From positions 14,570,001 to 14,634,000 of the forward strand of contig JAQFVV010000009.1 of the NCBI GenBank assembly GCA_028023455.1: DNA of 64,000 bases, read 5' to 3'. The DNA is from Epiperipatus broadwayi (lineage: Eukaryota > Animalia > Onychophora). A model generated the notes under the pieces. That model was not told the DNA's origin. It did no database searches and was given only the letters and a program-made list of their open reading frames with translations. This document shows positions 12,461 through 25,299 of the stretch, in pieces; positions within the stretch are counted from its first letter, which is position 1, and each line of letters starts with the position of its first letter. The position numbers and the translations under genes are program-made.

Positions 12461-13760
12461 TTGCATTGCCCAAGGGTTTATTTGCTAATTAAAGAAAACA
12501 TAAACACAAATCTGTTTTTCATTTTAATTAAATTTCATAAGCCATCATATTAAACAAAGCCTATTGAATTTGAGATTTGTAATGAAAATTAAATAAAATA
12601 TAATAATAATAAAAAAGAACTTTACTCACAAAAATTTTAGGAATTTGTTCTATTCTATAAATAAGAAATTTTATAATCCAATGGCTTGTAACACTTACAT
12701 TTAATAAGAAATCTATAGAATAATTCTACAAAAATATACTTTTCTACAAATATTATATAATAAATGACTATTATAAAAAGGTTAGTTTTAATATAAATTA
12801 ATGAAATATGACTCAGATAAAAAATTATAATATTGATTATAAATATTGATTATGAATTATACATATACTACCGCCTCAAGTGAGACAGGCAACAGTTAAT
12901 ATATATGATTGGGTTCAAACTCATACTAGTGCTACTAACATTAGCACTAGGTGAAGTGTAAATAGATGAGATGATATTTACAGCTTCAATATATATGTAT
13001 ATAACTTACATGTTAAACTATAAAATTTTAACTCAAATGAATAGTTGTTTCAACAAAATTAAATATTAAAAATGATATTGTATATATATATATATATATA
13101 TATATTTGTTAAAATAACTAACATCATTAACCAACACATAAAACTTAGATATAACCTTTAGGACAAAGTCAAGGAAATGAAATCAGAATTTATTTATAGA
13201 ATTATCAATTATTAATATGAAAGTATTAATAATTATTAATTATTAATTAACAATGATAGAATACAAAATCATGAAATTAAATAGTAAAGTTAATTCATAC
13301 TACTGGAAGTCGATGCTACTATAAAAGCTAAAGTAAATAATTTCCAAATAAATTCTATCTTTTACAAATGTATTAGTTACTACGCTTAATAATTTTGCTG
13401 TGTTCAAATTCTGAACACATTAAAAAGATAGATCAATAGTTTGAACAAATTTTTCTTATTTATAAAATCTTCATGAAGAAAAAACTTTAAAATCACTCAA
13501 GAAAAGAGTAAATAAATAATCTTTTCAAAAATAAGATTATCTTTAATAGAGTAATTAGAGAAATTTGTAGCCAAATCATTCTAAACTTGAACTTTAAAAA
13601 AGATAAATATATTAAAAACATTTATATTCAAATAAATTATTTTAAGAAGATTTCAAGTTATTTAAAATGCATCATGAGTAAACATAATTTGTCTTAGGAT
13701 CCAATGCTTTTATCTTAACTTAAAGCAGTGTAATTACTTATTCCTACTGAAATGCATAAA

Positions 13761-13761
<1 letters not shown>

Positions 13762-13822
<61 letters not shown>
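13762..13822. repeat. (TA)n microsatellite
   Basis: Direct reading. Confidence 0.97.
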
Positions 13823-13827
<5 letters not shown>

Positions 13828-13989
13828 AAAATGCAATTTCAATTTATATGGAAATAATTTATGAAAGATGTCAACATCACATAAGAGAAATGTTTAAGAA
13901 CAATGGAATATGCTGATTGCCTCACCGATGATTGATGACCAGTAAATAAAGAATTTTATTCTTAATGAACATTACTTCACAAATTATGG

Positions 13990-15150
13990 AAATGAATAGG
14001 ACAATACCACAAATGTTTAGTACATCACATCATCTTTGTGTATCATTATCTATGAATATCTAATTTTATTTCCTTTGCTTCTAAAATCTATTTACATTGG
14101 ATAATCAGTTTGGAAAATCATTGAGTTAATATTTTTTTATTTAATAAAATGTAGGTCTTTATTGCAAAATGACTTGACCAGACTAAATAAGTAGACTTAA
14201 TATGAAGGTAAAATGTATTGTTCTTCATATTCAATTTATTTATTTGACATGACAGAATTTTTGTTTATTACTAACTTAAATAATTTAGCAATATTTGTTT
14301 TGTGTATAAATGATTAATATCCTTGAATGAAAGGTCTATTCTTTCAATAATAGGGACCATTCATAAATGGAGGGGTCTTATAAAATGGAATTCCCTCAAA
14401 AGGATTTGATAATACAAATTTTCATTTATATTTATATTGTTTAAATTAAATTTAGCTAGGTAATACTATTATATATTTTTTGAAATTATAAGATTTCATC
14501 TATTGTTTTATAATTGTTTAAATATTGTTGGTGCTATAAGACATATCTACAATGGAAATATGGGAATGTATCATTTTAAACTTATGTATTGATATAATAG
14601 AGATGTATGAAAAGCACTTATAACTATAAGTGTTGATATACATATAGATAAGTTTAAATTGTTATAAGTTAATAAATATTGTTAAAATTTGTTTTTATTT
14701 TAAGAAAATCTCTTGATTCATTTAAACTATTTATTTTCATAATAAAATAAGATTAAATACTCATACTTCTATATATATCATCCTAATTTGACATCATAAT
14801 AAATTGGTTGAAAGTAATTTTGAGAATCTATTGATTGGAGTTATATTAAATAATATTGCTACAGGATATTAATGGAGCCAATGAAGAGAGTTAATTGCAA
14901 GATCCATCCTGAGTTCGAATACTGAGCATAAGAGTAACCAAGAGAGATGAAGATTGGATGAATTGATCTAAATTGTATTCATAGTTAACATTTAAATATT
15001 AAATTATCTTATTTGAAATAGATATAATTGTAGATTTAATTTTTATCACTTCATTTATGACATCCTATATGAAGACCCTAAGTCTGTCTATAGTTAAATG
15101 TGTTCATCTTCATTCCTTAAGGAATCCGGATCGTTACAACTGATATATCT
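13990..15150 (+). mobile_element. Highly decayed CR1/L2-like LINE 3' half
   Basis: K*LISLNERSILSIIG (W...L..R.Q.V context) and NGIPSKGFDNTNFHLY at 14384 (GVPQGS.LGP.LF.IY context); C-terminal-like sequence at ~14880-14960. Confidence 0.4.
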
Positions 15151-15479
15151 TATGAATTTTTTTAAAACCTAGAAATTGTTCAAAAACGGAAAGGAATAAT
15201 GATAATGATAAACCAGATTTTGAAGTTAATGATTTCTTTTTTTTTTATTATTATAAAATATAGAAATTTTATTCAGAAATTTGGTTACAATATATGATAA
15301 TAGTTAGAGAATATATTACATGATAATCAGGGGGATGAAAGCTCAATATTGATATCTTGTTTGACACCAGCTAAAAGGACTAATATGAAGCATATCAGTG
15401 AGGAATGAGTCTGGAATAGTATCTTGTTGATATAGATGACCATGCTAGCATGTCTCATATAGTTCAGTGATAGGTCTAA

Positions 15480-18400
15480 TCCTTTGTCCATGCTCCACAT
15501 GACCAAGTCAACCCTTTATATTGGAGGTTACTTCCATAACAACTCAGGATCTGGGCAATAATCATGCAGAGCAAGGGGAATCATCACAAAGGGATGCAGG
15601 CCATTCAGCCTCAAATCACTCTCCAGGGAAGGAGATTTCTGTTCAGGAGTGAAAGGGATCAGCTTTTGGGGGCCAGGTCAATAACCTTCATGTAGAGTTG
15701 TAAATGTAAGAGGGGGGCAAATCTGGTCCCTTAATATTTTGTTAATATAGAGTTCGAGCAGACGTTCTAGTGCATGATTAAAGGTAAGCCAGCACTGTGT
15801 GTACCATAGGAAGAACAGTACAAATGTTGTTAATCATATCTCTGGGATGGATCCACATAGTATATTGTCAATGAGAGTTGACAGGGCAGGTGTATTGTTA
15901 TTTTACATGGAGGCTATAAGGACTCTGTAGGGGTGAAGGGAAACACAGTGGCAGAGGGGTGAAGACAAGTTTCATCCTCTCTGAGGCATAGTGAGCAAGT
16001 GGACTCTATGTTTGAGAATCCTTAGTGATGCACCAGAAAGTGTTTAGTAGGAAAGGCATTAATATTTATCTTCATCAGGAAATCAAAATATTTGGGTTTA
16101 AAGAGCCATCACTTAAATTTCTTGATTAGCAGATGGTTGTTGAGCCTGAAGATAGTTGATTCTGCAGAAACATCAGGATTAAGGATGTAGTATGCATCCC
16201 AAAACTTGATTTCATTGAGGACAATTTTTAGGAAGCATAGTATGTTTGGAGATAAGACATGCAAGGGCTGCCAGCCAGTCAGTACCAATAGGGGGTGGCT
16301 TAACTGTGGTAGTGACCTCTCTGAAATGTGAGTAATTAGGATACTGCAGCCACATTCTGCAGAAAGAATTGTAGGAATGTTAAAATATAAAAGTATCTAT
16401 AGAATGTAGGGATAATCCATTGAGTTTTGTGGGTTTCTGTAGATTTCTCAAGATTATGGTTGCACTTTCCCCCCCCTCTAATTAGATCAGTGCACATCTT
16501 GTGTATTTTCCTGATGAAGACTTTGGTAAAATTGACTACTGGGGTGAAATAGGATATTCTAGGGAATTTTAGTATGTTGATGAGGAAGGACTTGGCGAAC
16601 ATGGACATGTAAGCTTTGGATAGAGAGGATGTGATTCTCTGTGTGGATTGAAGTAGCTTTCCTTGGATATATCTCCTTATGGCAGACATGGATTCAAATA
16701 TAGGGAAGCCCAAGAAGTTCTGAGGCTTTGCTGCAAATGGTCCTGGAATGGTTTTACCTGAAGATATATACTAGGCAGATGACTTGGCCATATTAAACTG
16801 GAGGCGATCAGAGAATTTTTTTGATGGAAGGAAAATGGCCAAGTCATCCATATAGGTAATGTGATTAATTTGGGATGTATTTAAAATTGGGATATGAATG
16901 CCAGGAAGAGATCTTCAAGAAGTAGAGAGTTAAGATAATTAATGAAAAACAGGGTGCTCAGAGGAGAGCCTTGTGGAATGGAGGATGTGGTGTAGAATGT
17001 GGAAGAAAGCTTCCCATTGAGATGCTCAATTCATGATTGTAGAGGAGGTTTCTAATAATATTTATGATTCCAGTAGAAATATCATGCTCACCAAGTATGT
17101 TTAGAGGAGGTTTCTAATAATATTTATGATTCCAGTAGAAATATCATGCTCACCAAGTATGTTTAAAAGGATATTGTGTTGAATAGAATCAAAGGCAGCT
17201 GCAATGTCGAGCTGCACAACCACTGGTCTAGATTGCCTGGGGAATCTGATGTGATCAGTAATGATTTTAAAAAGATTGATAGCATTTGTGGTTGAGCTGC
17301 CCTTTTTTGCAAATTGATATTGTGAAATATGAGGCAGAATCTTGTTTTAAATTTTGTCCTTGATGATAGATTCAATGACCTTGACCATCAGTGGAGTCAT
17401 AGAGATGGGCCGCAGATTCTGCAATGGGGAAGGAATTATGTTGCACTTTAGAAATGGCACTATTGCTATGGGATAAAGACCACTGATTTCATGGACACCA
17501 GAAGAAAGGTGATTAACCAAGTTGTACATGATTGGAACTGAGAATTTAGACAGGTGTAGCAGAAAAAAATGGGGAATTGCATGGAGCCCTGGATGGGTCC
17601 TTTCAGGCATCAAGGTTAACTTAGTCAGAACATCTCCCTCCAAAATGCCATGGTCAGAGAGTGAAGAATCCCAAATTGAGTCCTGTTTAGAGTCATGTGC
17701 ATGAGTGGAAAACTTTTCCCTGAAGAGTAAAGGTTATTTCCAACTGTAATAGATGAAGGAGTGGGTTTCTTGTCTCTATGGCCCAGAGCTCACCTAATGA
17801 AGCCCCTGGACCAATTGTGGGGCTGATTCAAGAAAATTTGTGACTTTTTGATATAGATATTCTGCTAAAATCAACTGTTTATTTTTGTATTGGGATTTCA
17901 GGTTGATGATGGATTCTATAGGAATTGTATTAAGAGGAAGATTTTTAAGGATGTTGTTGAGTGATTCAAGTTCCATCAGGAGTGAAGATGGCCCTTTATT
18001 ATGTAATGTATAGTTTGAGATCAATGACATTAAAATATGGATGAAGGCAAACCAGGCATCGACCGGTGGCAAAGACAGGATATGAATTTTGTGAAAATAT
18101 ATGTATGCCTCAGAGATGATGGCTTCAGGTGATGTGGACTTGAAAAGGATTCTCGTGGTTGTGCTCAGACCTGGAATATTGGATGACTCAAGATCTAGAG
18201 ATAGTTTAATGGATAATGCCAAGTGGTCAGAAAAGGCTATAGGTTTGAGTGAGGGGTAGATCAGGAGTATAGTAGATTAGGTCTATGAGAGAGGTATACC
18301 TCCTTGTATAGAAGGATAAGGCATTTGGAGAGAAGAAGCACTCTCAACTCATGAATCTGGTATTAAGACGATGTATATATTTGGCTGAAAATTTCTGATA

Positions 18401-18839
18401 GGATGTGTTAAAGTCCCCAAGGAAAATCATTGGATAAGGGTTGGAAGAATTGTGATGTTAATCTGTTGGATTATATTTTGAATTAGTAATTCATTTCAGT
18501 AGAGGTATATACATAAATTACATTTAAAGTGAAGGCTTTGTGGAATAAGGTGCAATAATTATATGTGGCTTTATATAGTTAATTTTAAAAGATTCAAATG
18601 GGCTACTATTGGAGATTAAGATTGCCACTCCAGCAGCAGATGAAAGAGAAACTGAGTGATGAAAATATTCCCAGATTGCCAAGGAGGCTCAGAATTTTGG
18701 GGTTTGAAAATCAGTGCAATTTGGTCTCAGAGAGACATACAATATGTGGTGAGTATTGCTTAAACCATTTGGCCAATGCATCCACTCTATTCAGGGAATT
18801 AAGCCCCCTTATATTAAGTTCTGCTATATTGAGCCTCAT
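15480..18839 (-). pseudogene. ORF2 (apurinic endonuclease plus reverse transcriptase), disrupted
   Basis: Starts MRLNIAELNIRGL...HIVCLSETKL at 18839; IFLGDFN; AFSDHLAL (~18220-18240); NLRPISMTPLMVKVIE; QLDIAAAFDSI; SIPQGSPLST; ITYMDDL (YMDD 16843-16854). Many stops. The 3' boundary is approximate. Confidence 0.9.
17040..17163. repeat. Perfect 62-bp tandem duplication inside the RT region
   Basis: TAGAGGAGGTTTCTAATAATATTTATGATTCCAGTAGAAATATCATGCTCACCAAGTATGTT twice (17040-17101, 17102-17163). Confidence 0.97.
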
Positions 18840-19134
18840 GAGGCATTATTTTAACAGATAAATATTGTGTATTTATTGAGCAATTGGTGATAATTCGGAA
18901 ATGATTAAATGAGTTTTAAATATGTGATCAAGCACTCAGCAACTATTGGTCCTGGCAAGAGGACATATACCAGCTTTTGCTTTTGATGTCGCAAGCCATT
19001 CATGTAAGAAACTCCAGCACTAGCTTCTTGTGGATCCACTATCTGGCCAGAGACCTCCTCCCCAGGCACTTTGCAATACAGGCCTTCAACAGAGTCTGAT
19101 TCAATGTTCAATGTCCTGGAGGCCTTAGGTGGCT

Positions 19135-22100
19135 TTAATTTAATGTCCTTACCTGGAACAGGGTTTGGGCAAGGTTTGCTTGTGTCTTTATTGGGTAATT
19201 CACAACTTCTTGCTTGATTATCTGCCTTAGGAACAGGCTTGCGTTTTTTTCCCAGGTTGTTGGGGGATAAGATATTCGGAGTCTGAGGAGTCCATGCTTG
19301 TTATTTATTTTTTTCGAGTATAATTTGTTCACTGAAGATTTGGAATCCATATTTTCTTCATTTGCCTTCCTTTTGTTGGGCAGAGGCAAAGGGGAAGTCT
19401 CCTCTATGACCGAACATGCTGACTCAAAAGACTCATCCAATGGACATATGGAGAGTGCGGGTGAAGGCAAAGAGTCAGGGCTGACCTGATCATCAGAAGA
19501 TGATAAAGAACGTGGAGTTTTCTACTGTTTCAGATGCTGTAAGGACCGCCGGAGATGTTAAAGGACAAGTGGAGCTTTCCATTGGTTCAGATGCTACAAA
19601 GTCAGGCCTGGACATGGGAGTCTCCACAGTCTGCATCACTGGATTAGAGTTACAGAGGTGAGTTTTGTTTTTAACTCTTTTGCCATTGTGGCAAATTCTG
19701 GCTGGGCAGTCCCTCACTAAGTGGCCTCTCTGGTGGCAGAAGAAACACTGTGGAGGAATGCCATGGAAGGTAATGACAAGAGGGGAAGTGTCTGCATAGT
19801 AGAGAGTGGAAATGTCATTGAGGTTTGATTCCCTATTCAGGGAAAGATCAAAGAAGGCAGTATTCAAAGAAATTGGAAGGTCTATGCCCTTAATCAGTTG
19901 ATATGTAAAGTTTGATACTTTGCCATAGGACCTGAGTATTTGCTGCAAATCACTCTCCCTGAATTTAAGGTAACAATTCCTTATTTTGCCTGACAAGATT
20001 GTAGGAAGATTCATATTAATATTGCAAATGATTTTCCCATCAAGATATTTGAAGGATGACTAATTTCTGAGTGGGATTGTTGAATTCAATTACCATGAAT
20101 CAATTGTTGGGATGTTGCAGTATTTTATGAATCACATTCCATAATTTTTTCTTTGTTATCTCATAAAATAGTTCATTAATTGGGAATTTAAATAGATCAC
20201 AAGAAGTGTTGGTGACAGCTAAGATGGAGATGTTTTCACTGTGGAAATTAAGAAATGATTTATGTAATTGGGGAGGAATAGTATTATTGAATCTGTTTAC
20301 TATTGTGCCAAGGCCAAATTGGCACATGTATATAAAATAATTTTGTCGTAAAAAAATTATTAAAATAAAAAAATCTTTCACTAAAGAGTTTGAAATAAAA
20401 GTTGAAAAATCATTGATTTAAAGTGGGAAGGGGGTTTTCTTAAAGTTAAACTGAAGGTTTTATAAAAATGAAGTAAAGAGTTTATTATTATTAGTTGAAA
20501 TACAATTTAGAAGCTTTAAAAAAATATATAAATCTCTTATATCTCTTCATTTAAATTAAAGAAGAAAAAGTATTAAAACTAGTTTTGATGTGTAGAATAA
20601 AATTATATATGTGCGTGCAAATGTAAAATAAATGTATCAGTATTAAATATTATAAATAAAAGAAATTATATTTGGAAAACACAGCGATTGCTATTAAGTT
20701 AAATAAAGATTTATTTAAAAATACAGCGGTGGACTACTAATTAAAGATATGAAAACAACACGTTTTAAAATAGCTACTACAAATTAAACAATCGACAAAA
20801 ACATGTTGTCATAGGATTAATTACTAATGGAATTTTGACAACACCTATTGTACCTTTTGCCAGAGGATATGAAAACAAAAAAACACTTCATCGGTATAAA
20901 TACTGAATATTTTATCGGATAATCAGTTAAGAGTTTTATTCAGTCCAGTTTGCAGTGACAGTCTTGATAACAGTACATTTCTATTATGAATCCAGAAACA
21001 ATCATGCATTGCTGAGCATCTTATGGAAATATACGCTTTTCGTTCAGTCCTTAGTCCAACTTGATCAGCAAGACCTGCCCGTGAAATAATGTCTGCATAA
21101 CAACTCAGAAATCCTCCGTCAAACGTTCAACTGTCTTCAAAATAAAACAAATGGATTCGCATAAAAATCTCTTCAAGAAATGTCCAAAGCTAACCGGTTA
21201 GATATAATCCATCAGAAGCAGCAGAAGCAGTCAACAACAAGCAATATCCACGTTCCAAAAAAATCCTAGGTAAAACATTTTATTATTATCATTTATACGT
21301 AGTAGCCACCGCTGCAATTCATAAATATTCAAGATTCAAATTATATGAACTCTATCATACATAAAATGAACTATTGATATGTGTGTTTAAGTGTCAAATG
21401 TTATTAATGTTTTATTATTATATTTGTGAATGCTATATAAATTAATATGTGCGTAATCATTATATCAGTGTTATTCGTTAAATTATATAAATGCCAGTGT
21501 TCTACTATTAAAATCTACAAGAATATTTAAACTAGTTTAGAAAATAATTTAAAATGTATGTGTTATTTAGATTTATAAAAATGTTTAAAATTAGTAAATG
21601 TTATTTAATAAATTGTCTTTAAAATTAAACTTTTTGTCGGTCAATTCTTTTTATCAATTCTCTTCCTATATTTTAGTACTGATTAAAATTAGACTGGGCT
21701 AGTTTATGGGATGGTTTCGAGTGCTGGATTATGAGCCTACTGCCTGAATACGTTAGTCTTCAGACTAGCTGGTGCCCTGGGATTTACCCTGAAACAAATA
21801 AAGTATTTGGATAGTAGGGGTTTGAATCTAGCAGCCGAGATGGGCCATTATTGATAGTTAAAGCTATCAATAAGATCTCCCATTTTGCTCGAATGTGCCG
21901 GTTCGTTCACGTAACCTTTATATGTTTATAAATGTATTATGAAGGAGTTTGAAACTGGCCAAAACTTATATATATGTATAAGTAAGTGGTTTCAGTGGTT
22001 CGACCCGGTACACTATTAAGTCAATTTCTTTTTGCTCCAGATTTAGATTGAGTGTGTTGGGATTGCTACAAATATCAGTTAAGTTCTCCTCAATCTCTTC

Positions 22101-22553
22101 ATCAAATAAATTGTATAAATCTTTGTGATTTTTTGAAGCTTCCCATGCCATAACATCAGGCTCACTAAGGCCTGCCTGTGTAATGTTAGCATAGGAGGGC
22201 TTGCTGTTAATTAACATCTTGAGTTGATTTTGGGAAGGGGAGGCATTTAAATTGGAAGACTTTATGTTAGTTTTGCTATTTTTATCAATTTTTTTGTTAA
22301 TATTTTGAGAAACTTTTGACTTATTAGAAAAATTAAAAGAAAATTTACCATTGCTATTTTCCAAGCTTGGGAAATCTAAATTTTTAACAATCTCACTGGA
22401 GGCTTCATTTTGAAGATTATTGGTTTGAAATTTGGATTGTGGGTCCTCTGTGGTGAATTTTTGAGAACAGGTAATTTTTTTATTGACAGTAGCATCTGTG
22501 GATGGAGTGGTAGGCTGCAAAGAACAAAAACCTGTGTTATTTTGCATTTCCAA
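19135..22553 (-). pseudogene. ORF1 (Tx1-type, CCHC zinc knuckle), split by an insertion
   Basis: N-terminus 22553-21966; ILRSYGKVSNF...ITFHGIPPQCFFCHQRGHLVRDCP in 20014-19493 matches the Tx1 ORF1 pattern YGKV...GQP..CF.C...GH....CP. Confidence 0.85.
20344..21916 (+). mobile_element. Putative solo LTR nested in the Tx1 ORF1
   Basis: Starts TGTCGTAA and ends TTCACGTAAC(C); TATA-like GGTATAAATA near 20895; CpG-rich relative to the host LINE; interrupts ORF1. TSD imperfect. Confidence 0.5.
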
Positions 22554-25299
22554 GATGGCTTTTCATTCAGCTTGTTCCATTGAAGGTTCTGAAAACAGGT
22601 ATCAGCTTCTTCAGAATCAAGCAACTTATCCACTCTTAATTAAGCAGAAAGATAAGAAGTTCAATTATCAAAGAAAATGGTTTTCACAAGGAAAGACCCA
22701 GAAAAGCACAGAAAAAACTAACTTTCTATAAGAGCCTAGGAATCAATGAAGTCAACTCTAAGCTATAGAGGGCGCTAATGAAGTTAATGATTTCTTCTTG
22801 CTCAATATATATGCCTCATGAAGTTTTTCCAAATGAAAAGTAGCTTAATTATTGTCATCATGTTTGTTGATTTAGCCTTGTTATTAAGGATTTTAGTGAT
22901 CTCTAATTACCTTGACTAGTAATTGTTGCACCTGGTTAGAATTTTTATGGTGATAAAATCTATATTGTGACAAGTGTCTAATGGAAAATGATTGCTAATG
23001 ATGTTAAATTAACAGCTCATCTCTTTCAGCGCTGAAATGATGACTATTTACTTGTGTATGAGATCTTTAAAGCCGATAAAGGATTTCTCGAATTTTTTTG
23101 ATCTCAAGAGAATTCATATTTTTAGGTTTAGTTTAAATGTTACCAATTTTTTTAATAAGTGATTGAATATTGTATCAATAAATTATATGTCTGGCCCTTA
23201 CAGTAGTTTCTATAAGTAAGATTTTTTTTAATTTTTATTTTCTCTTACTTAAAGCTATGGGAGATAATAAAAATATATTGGACCTAAAGAAGATCTAGTA
23301 TTTATAATATAATTATTTTTTTAATCTGATTTTTTATCCCAAAATGAACTGATCATAACTAATTTTAATATTTTATAAGCTTTATATTTTGATAATGTAT
23401 TGACATAAAAATAAGGAATTGACAATTTTGTATTTATACTTAAATCAGTTCATAAAATACCTTTTTTTAAAAAAAAATAATTTAATTTCCAAAAATGTAG
23501 TTACAACTGGCACGTAAAAATAAATATATATTTTTTTACAAAGAAAGAATAGTGAAAATTGTTAAATATTTATATGAGTACAAAAAATGTTAAATATCAT
23601 TGGAGTAATAAAAGAACAGTTTAGCTTTTATAATACTCCAGAGTGAAGAAGCATTTTAGTTATTTCTTTTATAAACAAAAGTTTCCATTTCAAAGACATA
23701 AAATAAAGAGCAGACAAAAGTAATTTAAAACATTTATAAATGAATGATGTAAATAACAATAATTAATATGTGTGTTTTTACATGTTTTTATATCCAGAAA
23801 AAAAGACTGCTATTTTATAATTTATGAATAAATATTTTTCTCCTTTAAAGTCGCGTAGATTTTTTTTATAATATTAAATAAAAATCAATCTATGACATAA
23901 TTTTGAAAATTAGATTTATTATTGTAAAGCGAAATCAAATTTTATTGATAATAAAATCTTTGTGTCTGTTGTTATTGTTTTAATTTATAAAATGATATCA
24001 ACAATTAAAAGTTCGAAGAAAGTGCAATGCTATAATAACTTATATTTGGACTTAAAAAAATTGTTTCAAAAATCACTCTTTAAAATTAATTACTGGATAA
24101 ATATTTAGTTTATTTCTTACACTGTTAAAAAAAGTAGATAATGAACCTACTTTTTAAAACATGCTTCTAATCGAAATAATGTATTTAAATAGAAATAATA
24201 TTATATCCAATTGATTTTTTTCATTTATAATTTGTTACTCTTTACTTAGAAAGTTTAATTTTTAGGTATGATATCTTTTTAAGGATACTTTGTATGCCGA
24301 GTTTTAGGTTTCTTATATTATTGCATGTTAATTCATTAGATTGTTCATTTGACAATATGTGATGTCACCTTTTTCTGTAGCAAACTTATTTTTAAATGTT
24401 TTAAATACTAATTACAGTTGTACATTGCATTCTGTCCTGGCTCTATTCATCCAATCACATAATTAATTAGACCGTTTATATGAATTATCTTGTAATATAT
24501 CTGTTAACTTTTGGGGTAACCTTTTTCATCTAAAAATCTTAAATCTCTAGCATAATTATAAGTCACTATTGTATTCTATCTTCTCAATATTCCTGTAATG
24601 AGCACAATCAATATTGAATATCTTTAAAAAAAATTAGACGATTTTATAAAATAAACAGAATTTTTTTTACCATGAAAACCATCTCAAGTTTGCTACAATT
24701 TTCATCCTGAAAAAGTATGCAACTTTTTTAATTCAATAAAATCATGTTTTTATAATTGCACATTTAATACTAGGCTATTTGGAAAGCTGGAGAATATTTC
24801 AATTGAGCTTATGATCCCACCATCATATTTTCAGATTATTATTACAAATTTTTAAATAAAACCATGTATTATATTGATTATCTGCCCATGTCTTGCTTCC
24901 ATACAAAAAATTGGCTGAATAACAATTAATTAATTTAAGCCATAGCAGCTATAACTAATTTTATAACATTAAGACTACACCTGGTATGTGATATTGATAA
25001 TGAGAAAAATATTATTTTATAATATAATTAAGGGTGTAAATGGAGATTTAAAATAAGTAAACAAACAAAAAATAATTGTAAAATTATTTTACTTTAAAAT
25101 AACATGCAGTACTACAGATTTTTTTGATATACTCAATGTAAATTGGTTTGCTACATATTCTGCAAAAGTAAAAAGTTTTTCTTTTCAATTGTGTAGGATA
25201 CTTATGGCAGATTTTTTTTACATCAAGCCAGTCATAATCAGAATTCTTATCATTGACATTATTAGTACTTTCAGTCTTTCCTGAAGTTCATATCAGAAG

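Larger units (their letters stand above)
15239..22778 (-). mobile_element. Full-length decayed Tx1/L1-clade non-LTR retrotransposon
   Basis: 18-bp TSD TGAAGTTAATGATTTCTT at 15221-15238 and 22779-22796; poly(A) tail (T-run 15237-15246); ORF1 with CCHC knuckle; ORF2 with APE and RT. Confidence 0.92.
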
